A stretch of DNA of 64,000 bases from Basidiobolus meristosporus CBS 931.73 (Eukaryota; Fungi; Basidiobolomycota): assembly GCA_002104905.1 (NCBI GenBank), contig MCFE01000024.1, positions 167,501 through 231,500 on the forward strand, read 5' to 3'. A program made the position numbers and the translations under genes. Shown piece after piece: positions 50,641 to 62,500 of the stretch. Below the pieces are notes generated by a model. It was not told the DNA's origin. It saw nothing but the letters and a program-made list of their open reading frames with translations, and ran no database searches. Each line of letters opens with the position of its first letter. Within the stretch, counting starts at the first letter, position 1.

Positions 50641-53586
50641 AAACTTGCAGACCATATGGAGGTTATGCTGGTCAACAGGCCCTTCAGGCTGGCCCATACA
50701 CATGGCTTCATTGTGTTACCAATCACAAATGCAGTTTTACATCCACTTGATGTAAGAAAAACTGATATTTGGCTGTAATAGACAAATTAATTGGATGGAA
50801 TTAAGCTTGCTACTTGTGTATGGGACTCATTATAGTCAGTTCCTCTTGTTTAAGAGTAGCCTTTGGCCACGATTCTTGCTTTGTATTGCTCAATTGCACC
50901 ATCAGCCTTGTATTTTGTCTCAAAGACTCATTTGCATCCAATTTATCTTTGGCTGATTGGTAATTTGATCAAGTTCTAAGTTTATATTCCTGGGCACTGC
51001 TTCAGGCTGAGCCATGGCTTTAGAGCTGTCTAGAGTGAGAAAACTCTCATTGTGTTGATCTGCTTCAATCCAGACTATTAGTGCACTTGAGACAGAATTT
51101 TTGTCATCATCCAAGGTCATTTTTTGTGAACATTTTGGAATTTTTGCCAAATAACACATCCATGGAGTTGATCAGCTTCTTTGCTTTAGTATTATAGAGT
51201 CTGTATGCCATACTCTCATTGCAGTAGCCCTAAAATAAGAATATTAAACTTGTTGACACAAATTTTGACTGATTTCCAGGCAGCTTCTTGGTAAATGCTG
51301 TTCACCCCAATATTCCTAGATGCTTTGCACTTGGTTTCTATTGATCCCCTACCTCAAATGGTGTAGGGTTACTAAGTATTCTATTATAACTCCAACTTTC
51401 AAGATATTCAGCTGTGGCAACCAATTCTACAAATAATCATAGACATACTTTTGATCATTGTTCATCAATCTTGCCATATCAAGCATTGATCTATATGCAT
51501 GTTCTGCCACTTCATCTTGCTGTAGAGAGTTTGATACAGTAATCTTTTGCTTTATCCCATGAATTTTACAGAAGTGAGTGAAGAGTTTTCAGGTACACAC
51601 TTAGCCTTTGTCAAAGAGTATTTTCCTGGTTTTTTCACCAGCTTCTCTCTCCACCATGGCTTTAGACTCCCTGGGCTTATACAGAGCATTTTCCTATTGT
51701 ATCATGAAGTAGACCCATGTTTATCCTGTATAATCATCAATATAAGTGATTAAATACTCCAACCTGCCTAAGGATAAATTTTGCATAGGTCCAATTTTCC
51801 TTAGTTTAGAATGCCCCAGACCTCTTGAGTAGCTGTTCAGCTTGCATTCTCTGTATGCAGGCTTCACCATGCTCCAATTTAGCTAGGTGATCAACTTTCA
51901 CTCTGGAAATTAGTAGAACTTTGACCATTTTGCTCAATTAGTCAAAATTGATGTGTCTATATTTCCTGCGGCAATGCATTAGTGCTTCTTCATTTAAGTT
52001 ATATATACTGACTTTAAGATATGATGCAATATAGGAAAACCTGTATGAATTCTGATCTTTGATACCAAAAGCAATGTAGGCATTGTTTTGATCAGCAATC
52101 ATGCATCCAAAATTGTCAAAGCTGAAGCTGAGTTGTTCTGCTGTGGCCCTGCTTACAGATGGCAGGTTCTTGACTATTTCTGGTAAGTAGAGTACTTCTT
52201 TGAAGGTAAGTGTATGACTTCCTTCACTGCTTTGAGGTTTACTGGGATAGTTCCTTCTCCCACTGCATCAAGTGTTCTATTGTCACCCATGAAAACCCTG
52301 TTGATTGGAACTTCTTGATACAGGATAAAGTTCTTTGTGGTGGGTAGAGTGTTAAGATGCTCCAGAGTCAGTGTACCATGTCTGAAAATTCTTGTTAGTA
52401 GTCATATCTAGTGCATATATGAATAGTTTATCTTCAGTTGTTGCAGCAGATCCATATTCAGGCTTTTTTTTGCTAATTATCTCACTTTGTCAGGCCCCTG
52501 ACTGAGGTGTGCCCTTTCCAGTTGCTGTGGTTACAAAAATAGTACTGTTGCTTTAAAAGGGTCTTGAGTACCTTCTTTGTTGGTTATCATTGCGGATAAA
52601 AGCATTTTCTTATTCCTTCATGTTGGCACTGAATTTTCAACATTCCTCATCCAGAAGCCTTCCATGTATGTAATTTAAGCTCAAATCTGCAGTTCTGGAC
52701 TCTAGGGCTGATGCAAGGCTCTGAAACTTGTATGTCATGCTATTCAGGATGGTAACTATCACATCCTTATCAACAGGTGGTACACCTGCAGATTTTGTCT
52801 CATCCACCAGCAGGGTTATTCTGCTAACTATATTTTTCATTTCTTCTCCTGACAGCATCTTTGTAGTAAAGAATTTTTGTCCAAGGTAGATTCTTTTAGC
52901 TGTTAAACATGACTGGTTTGTGTCTTCTAATGCCTTCCAGCCATTTTTGCTATTTTTGCTGTTGAGCATTGAATTAGCAATTTGTCATTAACATTTCAGC
53001 AAGTGCAGTTAAATGCACTTTGTTCCTTCTTCTAGCACTTAAAGGCTTTCTCTCCAACATTATTAGGAGGGCATTCTTCTCCCATGGCAATATCCTAAAG
53101 GTCTTTCTCTTGGAGAAGCATCCTCATCTTCACATTCCACACTTGGTACTTAGATCCATGCAACTTTTCAGCAGATGGAAAAGATCCGGTGATAGAGGTA
53201 GTAGTCATTGCAGAGAGTGACAGCTTGGAGCTCATGATCTGCTGTAAGAGTCCTGGAGATATTGGAAGTGAATGGGAGAACAAGTAGATTATTTGGTTTT
53301 CAAATAATGACTTATTCAATATAAAAGTAGTAATCATACTCTTACATGGTATTGGCATAAAAGCAGATAGAATAGGCTAAGGAAGGCTCCAAGAACATGT
53401 GTGCAAAGTTTGGGGCTGTTTGGAAAACTTTGAGAATTTTCATGTTCTGGGTACCCAACATTTTAGTGAAAATATTCCCAGTAAATCCCAACAAGAAATT
53501 TGGTCAGTATTCTCTAAGATTTGTAAGTAATGATTCAAGTGACTGAGCTAGGCTAATACTCAGGTTGAATTATAAATTTTACAACA
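50625..53586 (-). mobile_element. 5' two-thirds of a second Copia family-B element: LTR (53240-53586), PBS, gag, protease, integrase, start of RT; internally deleted and truncated
   Basis: Minus strand gives EKLHGSKYQVWNVKMRMLL, DSGAS protease motif, QQDEVAEH integrase motif, YKARIVAKGYS, LHQVDVKTAF and GQPEG...VCKFKKL, ending at the junction with the plus-strand element. Confidence 0.9.
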
Positions 53587-56500
53587 CCAAGTAAGTAATA
53601 AGTGATTACAAAGTAGATAAGCCTATAATAAATAGAGGGTCAGAAATTTACTATAGCAGTAGAACATACTTACTATACTATATTCTGAGCTAAAGACTAA
53701 GGATGCTAGTGGAAGGTATATATTCTATTAGTTTATTGATCTCCCAATATACTATTTCAGCATCAACATGCTGAAAGTTGCTGAGTATTGTTGATAAACC
53801 CCCATATCCTTGAGTACACCCTAAACAAGTTCTAATGCAGTACAACAGTATATTTGTGCCAAGTCAAGGGCCTTTTATACAAGTATGAGAAATTACATAT
53901 CTTGGGTACTAGATAGTTTAGTGAAAGTATTCTGAGTAGGTCCCAACAAATGATTAGGTTAGAATTCCCTAAAAACTGCAGGTATAGATCTGAGTAACTT
54001 GCCTAGGAGAGTACAAAGGTGGAATTACAAATTTTACTACAATAACTACCTTGCAAGTAGCCCTTGCTACTTTATTGTTTTTAGTGTTTACCACTAAATA
54101 TATGAGAAATGTTTGTACTGGGTTGTTATGGAGTATGGTACTAAATAGCTTCAAAACATTTGTCACACTGCATTTGAAGACTATGTAGTGCCCTCTTGCA
54201 GTCAGGACATCATCAACATGGAGCAAATGGGCACAAGATTAGTATGTATCCTCATTTAAATGGTTCCTGGTCTATTTCTACCCAACCGGCTCTGCCTCCT
54301 TATGGTAGAGGGGTATTCATGTCTGAGATACAACAGGGTAAGGATTCTGCCTAATTGATAAATGCAAAATCCACTCCAATATGAGAGTTGATGCTGTTCA
54401 AAACTCATTCAACTGGCACCAATACAGGAACTTATATTCAGTATTGGTATTTTAAGCTTTTTTATGCAGAACATCCAAGGACTTGATTGAATTGTTTACT
54501 TCAGTGCTGTGGAGTCTTCATGTTAGTTTCACTGAAGTAGCCCAAGCACATGCACTTTACTTCTGAAGCCTCTCTATACAGAATCTCATATGTGAGTTCC
54601 ATCTCATAATCTATTAGTATGGTAAAGACATCTTGCTAGTATTCAATGCTTAAATAAACCCCAATAAAGATGATGGTCAAGGTACTAAAGACTCACAGAC
54701 TTTGATCAAGATGATCAGGTCAATGGGGGTATTCTGGTGCAATACAAAGCAAGTTAAACAGACACATAGGCAATTTATTCCACCAGTTGCTTTTGATGTC
54801 TCTAAAACTGTCAGAACACTAAGAATGTGCATGTCAAGTGTGGGGGCATTTGATCAACTCCAAAATATTCCATGTACTGGGTAAATGGTATTATGGCAAA
54901 ATCTTTCAAAGTCTCCACTGAGAGGTTAGGCCAGAATAAGGAAAAATTTATAAGCTAAAAACTAAATGACTTGGCTATATATATGCACTGTATAGCTACC
55001 CAATTGGTATCTAATCATCTAGATAAGTACATTACCTTAGTAGCCAACCTAGATTATCATCAAGGTATCATAAATACATACAAGAATCTAAGCTGTCAAC
55101 TCAAAAGAAACAACTATATTAGCCAGTCAAAGCAGCTAATGATGCTGGAAATAAGCACAAGTATACCTGGTTGCTATAATGGATGAACAGGGGTTTTATA
55201 AAACGAGTTGATACCATTACCTATACATAGCAAATTGCACAAAATAAAAAGTCGGTTATTGTTTGCGTAATAGCCCCTGATTTCTCAAGTTACATCAAGA
55301 TTGTGGAGCAGCACTAGGTGGAGATGCTTAAAATATTGCTCAACAATCATTTAACAACCTCTATACTACAATCAACTAGTTATAGGCGTTACCATCAGGA
55401 AAGCTAGTGTAATCAGCATATAAAAGAAGGCCCAATAATCAATACGCATCGTGAACCAAAAAGCATAACGGCAATGGTCCTTGAGATGCACATCGTTTAT
55501 TAGTGGGGCTCACTTCGAAGCATGTTAGTCCCAAGATATCTTGAAAGTACAGTAATAGAAACTTGGAAAGGTGTCATTCCGAAACATTGCTTGCTTCCTA
55601 ACAATTGGCTGAATTGAACCTGATGGTTGCCAAGCTTTGCACACAAAACTTTCCATATGTAATTGATCACTCTCTATGCGATGTTGTGCCTGTGAACACA
55701 CATTAATGTCCCGTCTACGACTGCAAGTGAGACATGGTGTGTTGGGTGGCAGACGAGCGGAAGTTACTAACCACACCACCCCCATGGATTGAAACATTAT
55801 CTTGACGGTTACAACAAGGGCATTCTACTCGCATTACTAAGTGGCAACCACATATGCCGGGTCTGGACTATGAATAATCTCCAATAGGAAATCTGATTAG
55901 AAGCCCAATCACAACCACGGACATGCTAGCGTTAATCCATTAGGCTACAAGAATTTTGAGAAACGGGGCCATTCCTAATAAGAGCAGGCCAGTGAGGATT
56001 TTCATATGAATGTGGTGCATTCACCACTGCTATGCACAACATTCTCCCTTATCCTAGTAGCCTATGCAGGTGTTCTCATAAGGATAATCGGGCTGCTTTC
56101 TGTTCCATATGACCGCGTGAGATGCTGTGGCAAGCGCGACGGATGCAGATCCTGCAGTTACCAACTATGGCTGCACCCCACCTAACCAGTTGTGTCCAAG
56201 GGAAACCGGAGGATAGCAGGTGTGGAAATCACCCTATCGGCAGGTCCTCCCCTGCTCATCCGCCCGTTTTGAACAGAAGACATTGTCGAGGCTGATAAGC
56301 ACGAGTCTATTCGGAATACCACGCTATTTTGGTTGGTTGACTGGAGTGCGAGGCAATGGATCAGGGGCGTACCACCGGTATCGAGAACTACCTTAATGGT
56401 TTGGATGTAGATACGACAAAACGGTTGCCTCCTCCTGATTAGGAATACGGTTTCAAAATTTATCTGCCAATCTATCTTGGAAAGATATGACCGTATTTGG

Positions 56501-56589
56501 ATGAGATTCCATTGAAGTAAACTTTATTTAAATTATACGAATTCTATCTTTCTTGGGTGGTGGTTCCAAAATGGAAGGCTCGGTAACGT

Positions 56590-59500
56590 CTATGATGTAT
56601 ATTGCCAGTCACAAATAATGGAGTGACCGACTGATTTACAAACTGTACCGCTGGCGCAGTGGTTTTGGATTAATCGGCCATTAATACAAACGTAGAATGA
56701 AGGGGATACACCAGAATCTGAACACGTGTATTGCGCTTCGACACACTCTACCGCATTGGTAGGTGTCACCTTTGGTGCCTCTTTAGTCACTGTAACAGTG
56801 GCGGTGACAGTAACATACTCAATTTCGCATGCATCGGTTGAGGTTTCAATAGGATTAGCAGTGGTGTCATACACAATGTCAGTGACCGTGCTTTCGACTG
56901 ATTCTACAACAGTCATAGTGGGACGGACTACCGGTTCTTCTACGGTTTTGATAACAGAGTTCATCACAGTTACCGTAGATTGATGAGCAGTTACAGTGGG
57001 TTCCACCACAGCTTGAAGAGAAGTGTCAACAACGGTTACGGTGGGCAATATATCATTGTGGATATCAGTCTCAACAACTGTGACGGTTTGGAAATCGGTG
57101 ACTACTTGAGCAGTAGTGCCGCTGACAACTACGGTGACAGTTGCAGCAGTGACAGTGGGCTCAGCGATTGTCTCGACATTTACATCGCCAACTTGGGTTT
57201 GGACAACGGTAACGGTAGGTTGTATGATAGTTTGGAAGTCTGTGAACTTTTGAGCAGTGGCTCCTCCGCTAACCACAGTTACGGTATGGGCAGCTGTAGT
57301 TGCATCTGTGGCTTTGGGCTTAACGGTTGTCTCGACAATAGTAACGGTGGGTTGTGCGACAGATTCGAATCCGGTGCCCTCATGGGTATCAGTAACAGTA
57401 TGAGTGGCAGTATTTACAATATTGACAGTGGGTTGTACCATAGTATGGGCGATGGTTGCATCGCGAGCTACAGTCCCGCCTATAAACACAGTAACAGTGC
57501 GATGGGTAGTATCAGCATCCGTGACTGTAGGTGGTATGATGGTTTTTACATCAACAGCCTTGTGAACAGTGGTGGGAACAATGGTTTCGCCAGTAACATC
57601 GGTAACAGTACGAAGGGCGGTGTCAACAACAGTGACAGTAGGCTCAACAGCGGTTTCGATGGTAGAAACAGTAATATGATTACTACTGGATTCGGCAACA
57701 GTAACGGTAGGTTGAACAATGGTCTTGGTATCAGTAACCTGGTGAACAACAGTTTCACCAGTGACATCGATAACAGTATGAAGGGCAGTGTCAGCAACAG
57801 TCACGGTATGCGTTACCGTAGGGTGCACAATGGGTTCGGCGTCAGTACCCTGGTTAACAATGGTATGAACAACAGTTTCGCTATTGACAACGGTAACAGT
57901 ATGAAGGGCTTTGTCAACAACAGTGACAGTAGGCTCAACAGCGGTTTCGATGGTAGAAGCAATAACATGATCACCACTGGTTCCGGCGACAGTAACGGTG
58001 GGTTGAACAACGGTATGAATGACAGTTTCACCAGTGACATCGGTAACAGTATGAAGCGCAGTTTCAATGACAGTGAAAGTAGGCTCAACGACGGTCTCGA
58101 TGGTAGAAGCAATAACATGATTAATACTGGATTCAACAACCGTTACAGTAGGTCGCACATTGGTCTTGGCATCAGTAACAGTGGGTTGAACAACGGTATG
58201 AACAACAGTTTCACCAGTGACATCGGTAATAGTATGAAGGGCAGTGCCAACGACAGTGACGGTAGGCTCAATAACGGTCTCGATGGTAGAAGCAACAGCA
58301 TGATTACTACTGGATTCGGCAACAGTAACGGTAGGTTGAACAACGGTAGGAATGACCGTTTCACCAGCGATATTGGTAAGTGTATGAAGGGCAGTGCCAA
58401 CGACAGTGACAGTAGGCTCAACAACAGTCTCGATGGTAGAAACAGTAACATGACCACCACTGTTTTCAACAACCGTTACAGTAGGTCGCACAATGGTCTT
58501 GAAATCAGTAACAGTGGGTTGAACAAATGTATAAAAAGCAGTTTCACCAGTGACATTGGTGGCAGTATGAAGGGCAGTTTCGACGACAGTGACAGTAGTC
58601 TCAACATTTGCGGTGATAGAAGCAGTAACATGACCATCACTGGATTCTACAACCGTTACAGTAGGTTGAACAATGGTCTTGGTAGCAGTAACCTTGTCAA
58701 CAATGGTATGAATGCCAGTTTCACCAGTGTCATCGGTAACAGTACGAAGGGTAGTGTCAACAACAGTGACTGTAGGCTCAACAGCGGTTTCGATGTTAGA
58801 AGCAATGACATGATCACCACTGGATTCGACAACCGTTACAGTAGGTTGAACAATGGTCTTGGTAGCAGCAACCTTGTGAACAATGGTATGAATGACAGTT
58901 TCACCAATGACATCAGTAGCCGTATGAAGGGCAGTGTCAACAACAGTGATAGCAGGCTCAACAACTGTCTCGATGGTAGAAGTAATGACGTGATTACCAC
59001 CGGGTCCGACAACAGTAACGGTGGGCTGAACAACGGTATGGTCGAGAGTTACACCAGTGGCATTGATAACAGTATGAAGGGCTGTTTCAACCACAGTGAC
59101 GGTAGGCTCAACAACGGTCTCGATGGTAGAAGCGATGACCTGGTCATCACTGGATTTGAAAACAGTAACGGCTGGTTGAACGATGGTCTTGGCAGCAGTT
59201 ACCTTGTGAACAACGGTATGAGTGAGAGTTTTACCAGTGATATCGGTAACAGTATGAAGGGCAGTGTCAACAACAGTGACGGTAGGCGCAGCTATGGTTC
59301 TGATGACAGAAGCGATAACATGATCACCACTGGGTTCGACAACAGTAATGGTGGGTTGAGCAATAGTCTTAGCATCAGTTACCTGGTGAGCTATGGTATG
59401 ACCAACAGTTTCACCAGTGACGTCGGTGACAATATGAAGGGCAGTGTCAGCAACAGTGACAGTAGTCTCAACAGCGGTTTCGATGGTAGAAGCAATAACA

Positions 59501-62500
59501 TGATCACCACTGGATCCGGCGATAGTAACGGTGGGTTGAACAACGGTATGAATATCAGTTTCACCAATGACAACGGTAACAGTATGAAGGGCAGTGTTAA
59601 AAACAGTGGCAGTTGGTTGAACAACGGTCTCGGTGGTAGAAGCAGTAACATGATTACCACTGGATCCGACAGCAGTAACTGTGGGCTGAACAACGGTATG
59701 AGTGATAGTTTCACCAGTGACATTGGTGGCCGTATGAAGGGCAGTGTCAGCAACCGTAACAGTAGGCGTAATGACAGTCTCGACAGTAGAAGCGGTCACA
59801 TGGTTACCACTGGATTCGAAAATAGTTACAGTATGTTGGAGAATAGTCTTGGTGTTGGTAACGGTGATGGTGCGATCATCCATTGTGTGAGGGTTTCCTT
59901 TAGATTTTGTGAAGGTAATGGTAGGGGCATCCGACTGGGCACCGTTGCTGTAAGCAACAGCTGTGGACCCGGATATGGCCATAGTACGATCTGCACCAGT
60001 TTGAACAATGCCATTAGATTTGGTTGCAGTTATAGTACGGGCACCAGAATTAACATCTGGGCGAATGGTAGGCTGCTTAATAGGTTCAGTGACGATAACC
60101 GTACGATCAACAACAGTATGCACATCACCGCTGTGCTTAGTAAAGGTAAGGGTTCGTGCTCTGGATCCATTTTGATTACTGGTATGCACCCCGGCAGTAG
60201 CTTCAGTAACAGTAACGGTGTGATCAACAACTGTATGGATGTTACCGTTCGAATTGGCGACTGTTGCAGTACGCGCTGCCGAATGGGTACTTGTAGTAGA
60301 GATAGTAGCTGGACTTTCCGTTATTTTCACTGTTGATCCAGTTGTAATAGTTACAGCTGAGATAACAGGCTGTACAGTTGCTTTCTTAGATGGTCTTGCA
60401 GTTACAGAGTGCTCAACAGTAGCTGGCTTCTCGATGATAGTGATGGTGGGCTTAGTCAGAGTTACTTCAATCGAGCTGACTTGTTGGACGGTCACCTCCT
60501 TTGATGGTCCTACCGTTACAGAGTGCTCAATAGTATCAGGTTTCTCAGTTACAGTGATGGTTGGCTGAGTAAGTGTCACATCAACAGAGGCAACAGGCTG
60601 AGTGGTTACTTCCTTAGACGGCTTTACAGTAACAAAGTGCTCAACCGTAGCTGGCTTCTCGGTGATAGTAATGGTGGGCTTAGTCAGAGTTACTTCAATC
60701 GAGCTGACTTGTTGGTCGGTCACCTCCTTTGATGGTCCTACCGTTACAGAGTGCTCAATAGTATCAGGTTTCCCAGTTACAGTGATGGTTGGCCGAGTAA
60801 GAGTCACATCAACAGAGGCAACAGGCCGAGTGGTTACTTCCTTAGACGGCTTTACAGTAACAAAGTGCTCAACCGTAGCTGGCTTCTCGGTGATAGTGAT
60901 GGTGGGCTTAGTCAGAGTTACTTCAACCGAGCTGACTTGTTGGACGGTCACCTCCTTTGATGGTCCTACCGTTACAGAGTGCTCAATAGTATCAGGTTTC
61001 TCAGTTACAGTGATGGTTGGCTGAGTAAGAGTCACATCAACAGAGGCAACAGGCTGAGTGGTTACTTCCTTAGACGGCTTTACAGTAACAAAGTGCTCGA
61101 CAGTAGCTGGCTTCTCGGTGATAGTGATGGTGGGCTTGGTCAGAGTTACTTCAATCGAGCTGACTTGTTGGACGGTCACCTCCTTTGATGGTCCTACCGT
61201 TACAGAGTGCTCAATAGTATCAGGTATCTCAGTTACAAGGATGGTTGGCCGAGTAAGAGTCACATCAACAGAGGCAACAGGCTGAGTGGTTACTTCCTTA
61301 GATGGCTTTACAGTAACAAAGTGCTCAACCGTAGCTGGCTTCTCGGTGATAGTGATGGTGGGCTTAGTCAGAGTTACTTCAACCGAGCTGACTTGTTGGA
61401 CGGTCACCTCCTTTGATGGTCTCACCGTTACAGAGTGCTCAATAGTATCAGGTTTCTCAGTTACAGTGATGGTTGGCTGAGTAAGAGTCACATCAACAGA
61501 GGCAACAGGCTGAGTGGTTACTTCCTTAGACGGCTTTACAGTAACAAAGTGCTCGACAGTAGCAGGCATCTTGGTGACAGTGATCGAGGGCTTAGTAAGA
61601 GTAACTTCAATTGAGGTTACAGGTTCCACTGTAACTTCATCTGAAGGTCTCACTGTGATCGAATAAGGAACGGTGACTGTTTTTTCAATTACCGTGTTGG
61701 TAGGCTCGGCAAGAGTCACATCTACAGAAGTTACAGGCTGAATTGTGACTTCTTTTGAAGGCCTTACGGTTATGGAATGATAAATAGTATCGGCTTTTCT
61801 GGTCACTGTAACTGTAGGCTCTGTGACTGTAATTTCGACTGATGTCAGTGGGGTCAAGGTAATTTCTTTTGACGGTTTAAACGTATCATAATGTTCGATA
61901 GTAACTTGAGGCTTTGTAACGGTGACTGTAGGCTCTGTAATGGTAACTTCAACTGAAGTAACCGGCCTCAAGGTAACCGATACTGAGGGCTGAATAATTA
62001 ATGAGTGGTCATTTGTAGTCGCTTTCTCAGTTACAGTTACTCTTGGTTCAGTGATAGTGATATCTACAGATGTGACTGGCTTTAGTGTCACAATCTCCGA
62101 AGGCCTGAGGGTGATCGATTGATGTAGGGTGATGGTAGGTTCCGTTATTATTGCAGTAGGTTCTGCAATGGATACTTCAATGGAGGTAACGGGCTTCAAA
62201 ATAATGGATTCTGAAGGCTTAAGTGTTGTTGAGTGTTCAACAGTGTGGGTTGGCTCCGTAACAGTAACAGTAGGCTCCGTCATGGTCACTTGAACAGAAG
62301 CAATAGGTGTGAGGGTAACATCTGATGGTTTGAGGGTAATGGAGTGATCTACTGTAAGAGTAGGTTCAGTTACGGTTTGAGCAGGTTCAGAAACAGTCAC
62401 TTCCACCGAGACGACAGGCTTCAAGGTAACGCCACTTGAAGGCTTAAGAGTTACTGTAACCGTAGTCGCAGTAGCAGTGGGCTCCATCATTGTAGTTTTT

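Noticed and set aside
57546-59753. Leu/Pro-rich alternative-frame ORFs on the minus strand
   Set aside because: Frame-shifted readings of the T/V repeats.
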